Source: Candidatus Uhrbacteria bacterium (GTDB lineage Bacteria; Patescibacteriota; Patescibacteriia; UBA9934; GWF2-40-263). From it: a stretch of DNA of 64,000 nucleotides. The stretch lies in assembly GCA_016205975.1 (NCBI GenBank), contig JACQSK010000007.1, forward strand, positions 5,328 through 69,327. Direction: 5' to 3'. Below the pieces are notes generated by a model. That model made no database searches, was not told the origin of the DNA, and saw nothing but the letters and a program-made list of their open reading frames with translations. Both the position numbers and the translations under genes were made by a program. Below, one piece after another: positions 1 to 8,587 of the stretch. Every line of letters begins with the position of its first letter. The first letter of the stretch is position 1.

Positions 1-25
1 AGGATGTTCATGAGGCGCGGCCAAC

Positions 26-349
26 TCATACCTCGGGTTGTTTCAAAGCGGCCTCGATACGATCCAGCGCTTCCATGGCGCTTTGCTCTGAGGCGGCTTT
101 CGCCGTTTCGTACTTCGCCTGCGCTTTTTGGATCGCCTCGCCCAGCATCTGATTCTCGCGCGCGACCGTCTCGTGGACGTTGGTTTCCAAGATGTGCATG
201 AGTCGATCAAGCTGTTCGGGCGTCATCTCCGGCATCATCGCCACAAAGCCAGCCTTCACGTCTTCGGGCATATCGGCCGCGGTTAAAAGGAGAGCGAAAC
301 GCTCGCCGAGTTTTTTTGCTTCTTGCTCGATGTCTGGTTGTGGATCCAT
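26..349 (-). CDS. hypothetical small acidic helical protein
   Basis: ORF 26..382 trimmed to internal Met (MDPQPDIEQEAKK...); balanced composition, no family recognised. Confidence 0.4.
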   Translation of the reverse strand: MDPQPDIEQEAKKLGERFALLLTAADMPEDVKAGFVAMMPEMTPEQLDRLMHILETNVHETVARENQMLGEAIQKAQAKYETAKAASEQSAMEALDRIEAALKQPEV

Positions 350-383
350 AAGGTATGATAGTTTACAACGAGTATACCCCATT

Positions 384-1301
384 ATGGCACCAAATATCGA
401 ATACCCCTACATGCCGCCTGGGCGGTTTCTGAAGTACGCCTCGCCGGACGATCCGTTTATGGTCGCCGCGGCGCGTGCCAGGGCGGAGCAGGCGAGCGAT
501 GCCTTGTATCCGGTTGGGGCCGCGATGGTCGTGGGCGGCGCGATGGTCGCGCGCGCGGGGAACGGGTTTAACCGCGGGGCCGGGAAGGTGCATGTGTGCC
601 CGCGGATCGTTCTGGACGTTCCCAGCGGGACCGGGTATGAGCTGTGCGATCTCCACGATCCGACGGGTCATGCGGAGCGGATGCTCTTGCAGGTCGCTCG
701 GGAGGCTGGGATCGATCCAGCCGGCAGCGACGTCTATCTGTACGGCCACTGGTGGGCGTGCGAGCCCTGCTGGAGCGCGCTCATCGAAGCGGGCGTGCGG
801 GATCTCTATGTGACCGATGACGCGCACGAGCGGTTTGCGCGAGAGAAGGTGTATGGAGAGACACTCACGCCCGGCGTGAAAAGCGTCTACATCGCCGGAC
901 CGATCACCAACGTGGAAGACTTTGAGAGCCAGAAGCGTTTTTATGAAGCGCTCGGGGAGGCCGCAGAGCAGGTGGGATGTCGAAGCTGTATCCCGCATCG
1001 GGATAGCGGTGAAACCCAGTGGGCGCACGATGAGAATAAAGCGGCGGACGTGTTTGCCTGGGCGACGGGGGCGGTGCGTGACTGCGATGTCGTGGCGGCT
1101 GATGTGAGCGTGCCTTCGCTTGGGACCGGCGGGGAACTCGTCGAAGCCACGAGGGAAGGGAAGCACATCGTTCTTCTGTCCAAGAGAGGCTCGCGCGTCT
1201 CCGCATTCGTCCGAGGCAATCCCTCCGTGGTCTATCACATCGAGTATATTGACGAAGCTGATGCCGCGCGACAGCTTCGAAATGTCCTGAGGCAGCTCTA
1301 G
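384..1301 (+). CDS. dCMP/cytidine deaminase domain fused to nucleoside 2-deoxyribosyltransferase (NDT/DNPH1-like) domain
   Basis: N-terminal zinc-deaminase motifs HAE and PCxxC (HAERML ... CEPC). C-terminal VYIAGPI ... GTGGELVEA matches the N-deoxyribosyltransferase fold with its conserved Glu. Start set at Met69 of ORF 180..1301. Confidence 0.65.
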   Translation: MAPNIEYPYMPPGRFLKYASPDDPFMVAAARARAEQASDALYPVGAAMVVGGAMVARAGNGFNRGAGKVHVCPRIVLDVPSGTGYELCDLHDPTGHAERMLLQVAREAGIDPAGSDVYLYGHWWACEPCWSALIEAGVRDLYVTDDAHERFAREKVYGETLTPGVKSVYIAGPITNVEDFESQKRFYEALGEAAEQVGCRSCIPHRDSGETQWAHDENKAADVFAWATGAVRDCDVVAADVSVPSLGTGGELVEATREGKHIVLLSKRGSRVSAFVRGNPSVVYHIEYIDEADAARQLRNVLRQL

Positions 1302-1399
1302 CCAGGAGCGTGTACATTATTTTTCGATCGAAAAGAAATGGAGACGTTCGGAGTGGGAGCGTCTCCCGTGGAACAGAGCGAGTCTTGCAGAGGTTGTCG

Positions 1400-1428
1400 A
1401 AGAAAAAACGGCTTGAGGAAGCCGTTTC
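1400..1428 (-). terminator. intrinsic terminator downstream of HTH paralog A
   Basis: 8-bp hairpin aacggctt/aagccgtt (1406..1427) followed on the minus strand by a U-run (plus-strand agaaaaaa). Confidence 0.5.
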
Positions 1429-1430
1429 GA

Positions 1431-2153
1431 TCAGTCAGTCTGTGAGGCCGCGGAGATTTCGTGGACGATGCGCAGGGTGCGCGTCGTCTTTTCGTATTCC
1501 CATCGGACGATGTCGCAGCTGCCCCAGTGCATCCTCTCGACCGCCTGGATGACGACGAGCTGAAGACGTCCTTTCACCTGTCGAACGCGCACGAGGCCAC
1601 GCGCTTGTGTGGGCGCCCGCAGATACACGAGCAACGCGGGGTGTTTGCTCGCATGGCGCAAGATCATCCGATGCACGGTGCTGCGACTCGTCTTGAGTCT
1701 CTGGGCCGTGGCTCTGATCGACACCCCCTGGACGCGATGGAGGTAATAGGCGACAGAGTCTGGATCCGTCGGATCGTAGAAAACGTCCTTGGCACTGGGC
1801 GGCTTGTAGCGCTTGAGCGTGATCGTGTCTGCCCCTGCGCGCCATTCCACGACCGTCCCGTCCTTCCATCCGCAGCAGTTGAGCGCGCGAGCGCCCAGAA
1901 TGAGACGGACGCTGTTGGGCGGCAGTCGGTAGAGTTTGAGCCAGCCGCGCTCCACCTTGATGTTGTTGACAAGACGGTACCGGCGGACGGATTGGCGCAG
2001 AGCGTGGATCGTGAGGTAGCCGAGTTCGCGCGCCACGCGTCGTTCGTGCAAGCCTTCTCGCAGACGCCGGTCCGCCTGCGCGGCGCGTTCACGCACCGCT
2101 GTGCGGGACAATCGGCAGCCATGGATCGGTTCCATGTTCTCTCCCGTTCTCAC
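1431..2153 (-). CDS. HTH-domain protein, tandem paralog A (putative transcriptional regulator)
   Basis: 240-aa ORF with two helix-turn-helix-like segments (VARELGY..., VSIRATAQRLKTSRSTVHRMILRH) and a conserved CGWKDG block. Clear paralog of the adjacent ORF. Confidence 0.55.
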   Translation of the reverse strand: MRTGENMEPIHGCRLSRTAVRERAAQADRRLREGLHERRVARELGYLTIHALRQSVRRYRLVNNIKVERGWLKLYRLPPNSVRLILGARALNCCGWKDGTVVEWRAGADTITLKRYKPPSAKDVFYDPTDPDSVAYYLHRVQGVSIRATAQRLKTSRSTVHRMILRHASKHPALLVYLRAPTQARGLVRVRQVKGRLQLVVIQAVERMHWGSCDIVRWEYEKTTRTLRIVHEISAASQTD

Positions 2154-2854
2154 GGAGTTTCCTGAAGCTGTGCCGAGTGTTCCAGGTTCACGCGCAGCAC
2201 GCGCGCCTCCTCGTCATACTCCCACCGAACGATGTCGCCGCCTTTCCATTTCAACCGCTTGATCGGCGTTATGAGCGTGAGCGATAGGCTGACGCCGCCC
2301 TTATGCACCGAGACGATGCCGTCGTCTTCGATCGGGGAGCGCGTGAAGGCCGGGAGCTTTGGGTGCTTCATGGCGTGCCTGAGGGCCATACGCCGCGCCG
2401 CGCTGCGGGAGACGCCGAGTTCTGTCGCGACGTCCGTGAGAGTCTTGCCCATGACGCGGTGCAGGTAGTAGGCAACAGAATTCGGATCGTCGTCGCGCAC
2501 ATGCGCGTTTCTGCGGTTGAGTCGGACAGCTCGCAAGAGGATCGTCGCACCTTTGATACGCCAGTGGATGCCCTGGCCGTCTTTCCAACCGCACCGTCTG
2601 AGCGGACGGGTCGTCAGTAAGAGGAAGGATGTGCCGTTCTTGCGCAGAGGGAGTTTGAGCCACCCCTTGTCACGCCGGTATCCATGGCGCTTGCGATGAT
2701 ACTGGACGGACGCCAGTAAGGCCTTCACAGACACATAGCCGAGTTCCTTGATGACCCGGCGCTGCGACACGCCGTCGAGCAGCATCTGCGAGGCTTGCGC
2801 GGCGCGTTCGCGTTGCTTGGCGCGCGGGAGCCGGCGGGCGTTGATGGGATCCAT
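2150..2854 (-). CDS. HTH-domain protein, tandem paralog B (putative transcriptional regulator)
   Basis: 234-aa ORF sharing HTH segments (KTLTDVATELGVSRSAARRMALRH), CGWKDG, DPNSVAYYLHRV and IVRWEY with paralog A. Its stop overlaps the start of paralog A by 4 nt. Confidence 0.55.
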   Translation of the reverse strand: MDPINARRLPRAKQRERAAQASQMLLDGVSQRRVIKELGYVSVKALLASVQYHRKRHGYRRDKGWLKLPLRKNGTSFLLLTTRPLRRCGWKDGQGIHWRIKGATILLRAVRLNRRNAHVRDDDPNSVAYYLHRVMGKTLTDVATELGVSRSAARRMALRHAMKHPKLPAFTRSPIEDDGIVSVHKGGVSLSLTLITPIKRLKWKGGDIVRWEYDEEARVLRVNLEHSAQLQETP

Positions 2855-2944
2855 GGAACCTCCATTGCGGTTATAGCGAAAAGGAGCCGGGTGGTCAAGG
2901 GATTTGAAAAGCGCGCCTCTTGGGGAAGCGCGCCGTGAGTCTGG

Positions 2945-3742
2945 TCAGGCCGCGGTGGCCTTCTTCTGGTACGCGTCGGTGCCAGGCCAGCCGAGCTCCT
3001 CGAGCGCCAGGACGCTCCGCGCCCAGGACGAGCGCACCCAGATGTGCTCGCTCATCGTGGGAACCTCTCGACCCACGTAGAGGTCGAGGCGGTCGAGCTC
3101 GAGGCCACGCAGCTCCTCGGGTCGGTCCTGCCTCTGGAGGTGGTTCACCGCGACGAGTCGCTCGTTGTTGGTCACCAGGCAGAACATGATCTCACCCTCA
3201 TGCAGGCACTGGTACTTGTCCCAGACCTGCTGAGGCGTGAGGTTCACCATTTTGGCGATGGTGGCGAGACGACACCAGCGGCGGCGCGTGCTGCGCCCGG
3301 TCGTCTCCTTGACCATGTAGGGCGTGCGACCCACGAGGCGTTCGAGAACGCCGTTCTTGATCTGGCGGGCGCCCTGGAAGAGGCTCGTGTCGGGCCACTC
3401 GTCGTAGCCATCCGTCATGCCGGAGATCGTCATGAGACCGAAGGGCTTGGTCGCCCAGCGGACGAAGATGGTCGGGTTGTGCTGGTCGCCCTGGACGGCC
3501 GTGAGGAGGTGGATCTCGTTGCCCGCCTCGCGGATGGCCTGCCGGCGCTCGAACGAGTACGGCTCGGGGTTGCCGTCCTCGTCGTAGGCGTGCGACTGAC
3601 GGTGGGGCACGGGCCAGATGTAGGTGATCAGCGCCCAGGCTCCCTCGGGGACCTCCTCGCACGCGAGCGTGGTGTCCTCGTAGATCGGCTCACGCTCGTC
3701 TTCGTAGGTGCCGCTGTGCCGGCTGATCTTGATGCGGAGCAT
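2945..3742 (-). CDS. hypothetical protein (GC3-rich ORFan)
   Basis: ORF 2945..3781 trimmed to Met14 (MLRIKISRHSGTYE...). Balanced amino-acid composition, unlike the antisense ORF 3044..3793. No family recognised. Confidence 0.5.
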   Translation of the reverse strand: MLRIKISRHSGTYEDEREPIYEDTTLACEEVPEGAWALITYIWPVPHRQSHAYDEDGNPEPYSFERRQAIREAGNEIHLLTAVQGDQHNPTIFVRWATKPFGLMTISGMTDGYDEWPDTSLFQGARQIKNGVLERLVGRTPYMVKETTGRSTRRRWCRLATIAKMVNLTPQQVWDKYQCLHEGEIMFCLVTNNERLVAVNHLQRQDRPEELRGLELDRLDLYVGREVPTMSEHIWVRSSWARSVLALEELGWPGTDAYQKKATAA

Positions 3743-3831
3743 CGTTCCTCCTTGTCCCGAGTGCCCATGTTGGGCTCTCATTCAATGGACTAAGCGAGGA
3801 TAGTCGAAAATCCTCCAACTGTCAACCTTGG

Positions 3832-3864
3832 GTATCAAAAATCAGCCAGTTTTGACTGGCTGAC
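3832..3864 (-). terminator. intrinsic terminator downstream of dcd
   Basis: Perfect palindrome tcagccagt-tttg-actggctga (3843..3864) followed on the minus strand by a U-run (plus-strand atcaaaaat). Confidence 0.5.
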
Positions 3865-3869
3865 GTTTG

Positions 3870-3985
3870 ACTCTGTGTGTCATCCCGAACAACGTGAGGG
3901 ATCCCATGACGAATCATTCGAACGAAAAATGGGATCCTTCCTCCTCGATGACTCGTCGTCAGGATGACACAGAGGATGACACTCG
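3870..3985. repeat. nested imperfect inverted-repeat element (~115 bp) in the leader of the ORFan gene
   Basis: Outer arms ctctgtgtgtcatcc / ggatgacacagag (second arm duplicated), inner arms gagggatcccat / atgggatccttc, central palindrome cgaatcattcg. Confidence 0.5.
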
Positions 3986-3997
3986 CAATGAGTTCAT

Positions 3998-4687
3998 TTA
4001 TAAACTGAATTGATTCTTGATCTCATCAAGCTTACCCTCGACGAGCATCTGCCGTTCGTCGTCTTTGTCGAGCTTGAACCCCTGTGAGCCGGCCTGCTGT
4101 GAGCCTGTCGAACCCATCGAACCAGATTCCGTATACTTGGCCGCCGTCATGCCGTGAAGGTTGGCTTCTTCTGGCGTGAGCGGCCGATTCAGTTCTTGGA
4201 AGATCACCTGGCACACGCGCTCACCTGGATACAGACGGATCACTTGGTCGCCGGCTTCGTTTTTCATGGGGAATATGAGATGACCCTTGTAGCCCGTATC
4301 GATGATGCCCGAGAGCGATAGGTCAATGCCGCGGCGGTTGGTCGAAGTACGCGGGAACAAGACGGCCATGAGGTGCAGCGCGTTCAACTCGATGCGTTCC
4401 AGGCTCGTGCCGATCACAAACTCGTTTGGGAGCAGTTCAAAGTATTGCCCGGGCTGAAGCTGGACTTCATCGAATTGCTCGCGATGCGCGTCCACATCGT
4501 CAATGGCGACCTTGATAGCGCGTCGGCCTTTCTCATCAACCGTCCAGTTGCGCGGGATCAGGAACTTGTATCCAAGGCGCAGGTCAATGGCGTGCGGTTG
4601 GATTTGGAACTGGTCGAGCGCGGGGGTGAATCGGAGGGCGCTTGTGGTGATGGCGGAGAGGATTTCTGGGCGTGTGAGGATGGACAT
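3998..4687 (-). CDS. dcd: dCTP deaminase / dUTPase-family protein with ~45-aa C-terminal extension
   Basis: IDLRLG ... SGIIDTGYKGHLIFPMKNEAGDQVIRLYPGERVCQVIF pattern of the Dcd/Dut family, plus an extra Ser/Gly/Lys-rich tail. Confidence 0.8.
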   Translation of the reverse strand: MSILTRPEILSAITTSALRFTPALDQFQIQPHAIDLRLGYKFLIPRNWTVDEKGRRAIKVAIDDVDAHREQFDEVQLQPGQYFELLPNEFVIGTSLERIELNALHLMAVLFPRTSTNRRGIDLSLSGIIDTGYKGHLIFPMKNEAGDQVIRLYPGERVCQVIFQELNRPLTPEEANLHGMTAAKYTESGSMGSTGSQQAGSQGFKLDKDDERQMLVEGKLDEIKNQFSL

Positions 4688-4705
4688 AGGGAGGGGGACA
4701 GAGGG

Positions 4706-4736
4706 GGCAAAAGAAAAGAGCGCGGAGCGCTCTTGA
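4706..4736 (-). terminator. intrinsic terminator downstream of rplA
   Basis: On the minus strand, hairpin aagagcgc-tccg-cgctctt followed by ttcttttgcc. Confidence 0.5.
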
Positions 4737-4738
4737 CT

Positions 4739-5449
4739 TTAGGAGTTTGCATCCATTTTTATGCCGGGACCGATCGTTGAGGAGAGGCTCGCATTTTTGA
4801 TGTAGATGCCCTTGGAGGCCGAGGGTTTCATTTTTTTGATCTGATCCAGGAGCGCACGCAGGTTCACCTCGAGGTTCGCCTCGGAGAATGAACGGCGGCC
4901 GAAGACCTGGTGGATGTTGCCGGTGTTGTCGTTTTTGAAACTTTCCTTTCCGGCCTTTTGTTCCTGGATCATTTTCACGACGTTGGGACTCACGGTGTCG
5001 GTCTTGGGGTTTGGCATGAGGCCGCGGGGTCCGAGCAGGCGCGCGAGTTTGGCGAGCTTGGGCATCATGACCGGCGTGGCCACGGCTACGTCGAAGTTGA
5101 TGACTTGGCTCTGCGCGATCTGTGAGATCAGCTCGTCTCCTCCCACGATGTCCGCGCCGGCCGCCTTGGCCTCAGCTTCCTTGTCACCCTCCACGAACGC
5201 GGCGACTTTTTTGATCTTGCCTGTGCCGTGTGGCAGGGCGATGGTGCCGCGCACTTGCTGGTCCGATTTGCCCGCGTCGATGCCCAGGCGCACATGCAGC
5301 TCGATGGCTTCATCGTACTTGGCGGTTGCAGTTTTCTTTGCAAGCGCGAGCGCTTCGGAGATCGTGTATATTTTGTTTTTGTCGACGAGCGCCTTGGCTT
5401 GAACGAATCGTTTGCCTGGCTTGGCCTCCTTGTGTTTTCCGGTTGACAT
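4739..5449 (-). CDS. rplA: 50S ribosomal protein L1
   Basis: Strong L1 signature (MSTGKHKEAKPGKRF ... GKIKKVAAF ... LGPRGLMPNPK). Start set at Met24 of ORF 4739..5518. The 89-nt gap to rplK may hold the L1 regulatory site. Confidence 0.85.
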   Translation of the reverse strand: MSTGKHKEAKPGKRFVQAKALVDKNKIYTISEALALAKKTATAKYDEAIELHVRLGIDAGKSDQQVRGTIALPHGTGKIKKVAAFVEGDKEAEAKAAGADIVGGDELISQIAQSQVINFDVAVATPVMMPKLAKLARLLGPRGLMPNPKTDTVSPNVVKMIQEQKAGKESFKNDNTGNIHQVFGRRSFSEANLEVNLRALLDQIKKMKPSASKGIYIKNASLSSTIGPGIKMDANS

Positions 5450-5538
5450 AGAGATGGTGGTTTTAGCGCCCTGAGCTTGTGGTTCGATGGAACTTACCAC
5501 GGTGAGCATGTCGAACACGTCGAAGGGCTCCCACGGTT

Positions 5539-5961
5539 TTATTTAACGTCGACTCCCATTTGTCGGCATGTCCCAGCGATAATCTTCATCGCCGCATCGA
5601 CGTCCTGGGTGTTTAAGTCTGGAAGTTTTTTGATGGCGATCTCGCGCAGTTGATCCTTCGTAATCGAACCGACCTTGGTCGTGAGGGGATTGCCGGAGCC
5701 TTTTTCGATCTTCGCGGCTTTCTTAATCATGTCGGAAGCCGGCGCGGTCTTCGTGATGAAATCGAAGGTGCGATCCTTATAGACGTTGATGATAACCGGA
5801 ACGATTTCTCCGCGGCGGTCCTGCGTGGCCGCGTTAAACTTTGCGACGAAATCTCCAATCGGCAGTCCGTGCTGACCAAGGGCTGGACCGACGGGAGGAG
5901 CTGGCGTTGCGGCTCCTCCTGGAATCTGAAGCTTCACCTGAGTAACGAGTTCTTTTGCCAT
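5539..5961 (-). CDS. rplK: 50S ribosomal protein L11
   Basis: [32 protein letters not shown] ... canonical L11. Confidence 0.9.
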   Translation of the reverse strand: MAKELVTQVKLQIPGGAATPAPPVGPALGQHGLPIGDFVAKFNAATQDRRGEIVPVIINVYKDRTFDFITKTAPASDMIKKAAKIEKGSGNPLTTKVGSITKDQLREIAIKKLPDLNTQDVDAAMKIIAGTCRQMGVDVK

Positions 5962-6025
5962 AGCGATTTTTTACTGGATTCCCAATAAGGGCGACCAGGC
6001 TATGAATTAGTGGCGAGAATGTACC

Positions 6026-6571
6026 TTAGGCTTTCTTAATTTGCAAGAAGTCGAGCTCAACCGGGGTTTCACGGCCGAACAGGTTCACGAGCACCTTGAC
6101 CTTTCCGCGTTCCTCGTCGATCTCCGAGACCTTGCCCTCCTGGTTCTTGAACGGGCCGTCGGTGATGATGATGGACGAACCTTTCTCGATATCAAACGTG
6201 TACTCAGGCTCGTTCACGCCCATGCGCTTCTGAAGCGCTTCCATTTCTTTTTCCGCGATCGGCGTAGGCGTCGTGCCCGTGCCGATGAAGCCGGTGACGT
6301 TGGGCGTGTTGCGCACCACGTACCATGAGTCGTCCGTCACGATCATCTCGACCAAGACGTAGCCGGGGAAGATTTTTTCCTCGATCGTCTTGCGCTTGCC
6401 GTTTTTGATTTTGATTTTTTTCTCCTTGGGCACGAGGACATGAAAAATCTTTTCCTCCATGTCCATCGTCTCGATGCGCTGGTTCAGGTTCTCCTCGACG
6501 TTTTCCTCGTAACCGGAGTAGGTGTGAATCGCGTACCAGCGGCGACCCAGGTTGGCTATTTGCTTTGGCAT
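6026..6571 (-). CDS. nusG: transcription termination/antitermination factor NusG
   Basis: NGN domain (WYAIHTYSGYEENV) plus KOW domain (GPFKNQEGKVSEID) in the conserved secE-nusG-rplK position. Confidence 0.9.
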   Translation of the reverse strand: MPKQIANLGRRWYAIHTYSGYEENVEENLNQRIETMDMEEKIFHVLVPKEKKIKIKNGKRKTIEEKIFPGYVLVEMIVTDDSWYVVRNTPNVTGFIGTGTTPTPIAEKEMEALQKRMGVNEPEYTFDIEKGSSIIITDGPFKNQEGKVSEIDEERGKVKVLVNLFGRETPVELDFLQIKKA

Positions 6572-6572
6572 A

Positions 6573-6797
6573 TTAGCTGGTGATCACGATGAGCCAGGCC
6601 AGCCCCTTGTTGAGAAGCCAGTCGAGCCCGCCGAAGAACGCGGCGAGAATAACGCACAGGACGATGACCAGGACCGAGTACTTGGTGGTCTCCTGGCGGC
6701 TGGGCCAGGCGACCTTGCGCAGCTCCTCGCGCGCCTCCTTCACGTAGCGCAGGAGCCAGACGAGAGGGTTGGCTCTCTTTTGGGCTTGGGTGTTCAT
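6573..6797 (-). CDS. secE: preprotein translocase subunit SecE
   Basis: 74 aa with one C-terminal TM helix, immediately upstream of nusG. Confidence 0.8.
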   Translation of the reverse strand: MNTQAQKRANPLVWLLRYVKEAREELRKVAWPSRQETTKYSVLVIVLCVILAAFFGGLDWLLNKGLAWLIVITS

Positions 6798-6892
6798 AAA
6801 ATCGGTATCTTAAAAGGCCCGTCGCGGGCCATTGATCGGCATCATAGCTGAGAGCCTTGGGTTTGGCAAGAGGACTGGGGACAGAAGGTTCT

Positions 6893-6930
6893 CTGGGAAA
6901 AGAAAAATCCCGCTGGGAGGTGAGCGGGAT
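6893..6930 (-). terminator. intrinsic terminator downstream of the IS110-like gene
   Basis: Hairpin atcccgct-gggaggtg-agcgggat (6907..6930) followed on the minus strand by ttttcttttcc. Confidence 0.5.
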
Positions 6931-7092
6931 CGTTGGTCTAGGCCATGCGCCTGCGGGCGGCCTCGAGCTTCTGGCGGCGAGCGAGCTCGCTCCACTGGTC
7001 GGCGAGCCACTCGACGAACTTCGTCACCGTGCGCCACAGGGCCATCTTGTGGATGTGTCCGTCGGTGTAGCGCTTCTTGCCTTCCACCTCGA

Positions 7093-8445
7093 TCACCTCG
7101 GGGTGGGCGACGTGGAGCTTCGCCTTGTACTCGAGCAGGAGGCGGCCCCAGTGTGTGCGGTCGCTCTGCCGGTTGAACTGGTCCGCGAGCAGATACAGCG
7201 CCTGCCTCGCGTCCGGGTGCCAGTTGGCGGGCTGGCCTGCACGGCGGCGGGGGAACTCCCATCCTCCATGACGGCTACGCCACAGAACATCTTGAGCTTG
7301 GCCTGGGTGGCCTTGCGCGCGCGGTGCCGGAGCTTGGAGCGCTCCTCATGGCACGCGACGGCACGCTCGAGCAGGGCGGCCTGCTCCGGTCGCCTGTTCT
7401 TCGCGCACCAGGAGGCGACGCGTTGCAGGGTCTGGAACTCGCTGTTCCCCAGCTGGACGAAGCGCTTGAGTTCCTGGAACCTCGCCTCGCGCTCCAGCCG
7501 GGTGGACTCCTCGTAGAGGCTGTCCATCCGCGCCTGGTTGGGTTCGACCATGAACCGCTCGATCCCGCCGATCGCGGAGATGAGCCTTCCCGCGAGCGCG
7601 GGGCCGATGCCCGAGACATCCTCCAAGATGTGCTGCCACACCTGGGTGTTCTTCACGGCGCGGTCGAGCTCCTTGAACCGCGCGGCCTCCTCTTCCTGGA
7701 GCGCCAGGTAGATGCGGTCGTTGGCCTTGAACTCGTTGAACGCGCGTTCGATGTCGAGCTCGGCGAAGTCCTGCTCGGCGCACAGCACCTGGCCCACGAG
7801 GGCTCGGTGCAGGCGCTGTTCGCAGGCGATACGACCCTTCATGGCGTCGATGCGCAGAGCCTGGCACTCGCGCACCCAGATGATGCGCCGTGTGTTCACC
7901 GTCACCTCGTGGAAGAGGCTGGGCTTGTCGCGCGCGAGCTGCGCCAACAGCTTGGCGTCCTCGTCCTTCTCGCCGTGGCGTTCCCGCTTGAGCTCGAAGG
8001 GCGGAAGGCGCAGGACCTTGGCACTCACGCGCTCACCCTGCTTGGACAGGGCGAAGGCGAGCCGGTCTCCCGAGCCGCCGAGCGACATCCCGACGACGTC
8101 ACCGCGCTGGAGGCCGTCGAAGGTGATGGGAACCTTGGTGGCGACCTGGGTCTTGCCGTCCTGCTCGCGCAGGTGCACCTGGTTGAGCTTCTCGACGTCC
8201 TCGGTCTTCTTCACCGTACGCCACTTCACGTGACGTGGGTTGAAGTCTGCGAGGCTGTCTTCGGGCGCGATGTCACGCCAGGCGATGGGGAAGCGACCGC
8301 GCACCCAGTCGAGCTCGGCGTTGTCGTCCTCCAGCTCGTAGGTGTCCTCACGCCCGCCGTCGATGACGGTCATCTGGGTGGGACGCGCTTCTCCTTCCTT
8401 GGTCTTCTTGACCCGGTGTCGGACACCGATGAACCTCTTGTTCAC
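7093..8445 (-). CDS. IS110-family-like transposase/recombinase (RuvC/DEDD-like segment plus helix-hairpin-helix), divergent
   Basis: VVGMSLGGSGDRLAFAL resembles a RuvC/YqgF/DEDD N-terminal motif. LEDVSGIGPALAGRLISAIGGIERF closely resembles the HhH of IS110 Transposase_20 (LxxIPGIGxxTAxxLLAEIGDxxRF). The canonical Ser motif is not recognisable. The last ~60 aa are low-complexity, so a frameshift is possible. Sits in a GC-rich block between secE and gyrB. Confidence 0.4.
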   Translation of the reverse strand: MNKRFIGVRHRVKKTKEGEARPTQMTVIDGGREDTYELEDDNAELDWVRGRFPIAWRDIAPEDSLADFNPRHVKWRTVKKTEDVEKLNQVHLREQDGKTQVATKVPITFDGLQRGDVVGMSLGGSGDRLAFALSKQGERVSAKVLRLPPFELKRERHGEKDEDAKLLAQLARDKPSLFHEVTVNTRRIIWVRECQALRIDAMKGRIACEQRLHRALVGQVLCAEQDFAELDIERAFNEFKANDRIYLALQEEEAARFKELDRAVKNTQVWQHILEDVSGIGPALAGRLISAIGGIERFMVEPNQARMDSLYEESTRLEREARFQELKRFVQLGNSEFQTLQRVASWCAKNRRPEQAALLERAVACHEERSKLRHRARKATQAKLKMFCGVAVMEDGSSPAAVQASPPTGTRTRGRRCICSRTSSTGRATAHTGAASCSSTRRSSTSPTPR

Positions 8446-8587
8446 TTCTCCCTCTGGTGAATGTCACCCAACGGGGAAACCCTGTTTCGGGCAACGCGCC
8501 ACCCTAGCAGTTTGGTCGACTATGTCAATGGGCAAAGTAAAACCCCCGTTACTCTCGCAAGCTTCGGGAGCAGGAGCCATGCAACTG

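Noticed and set aside
4-201. 65-aa ORF at the window start
   Set aside because: Pro/Arg-rich spurious frame that overlaps the better-supported minus-strand gene 26..349.
363-1238. Long antisense ORFs in GC-rich stretches (363..1238 -, 3044..3793 +, 6857..7516 +, 7324..8460 +, 9937..11130 +, 21357..22148 -, 22157..23884 -, 24951..25670 -, 27980..28993 -, 43750..44577 +, 44611..46173 +, 51073..52077 -, 52283..53260 -, 59862..60821 -)
   Set aside because: Their Arg/Ala/Gly/Pro/Val-biased, low-complexity translations are typical of non-coding frames in GC-rich DNA. Each overlaps a gene on the other strand or frame that has a clear family signature.
2945-3742. Thymidylate synthase (ThyA/ThyX) completing the dCMP/dCTP deaminase pathway
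   Set aside because: Tempting from context, but neither the ThyX RHRxxxxxxxS motif nor the ThyA PCH/QFYV motifs are present. Left as hypothetical.
6798-6892. tRNA-Trp or rpmG expected upstream of secE
   Set aside because: No cloverleaf-compatible sequence (no GTTCRANYC T-loop) and no L33-like ORF. Only a small hairpin (ggcccg-tcg-cgggcc) in the secE leader.
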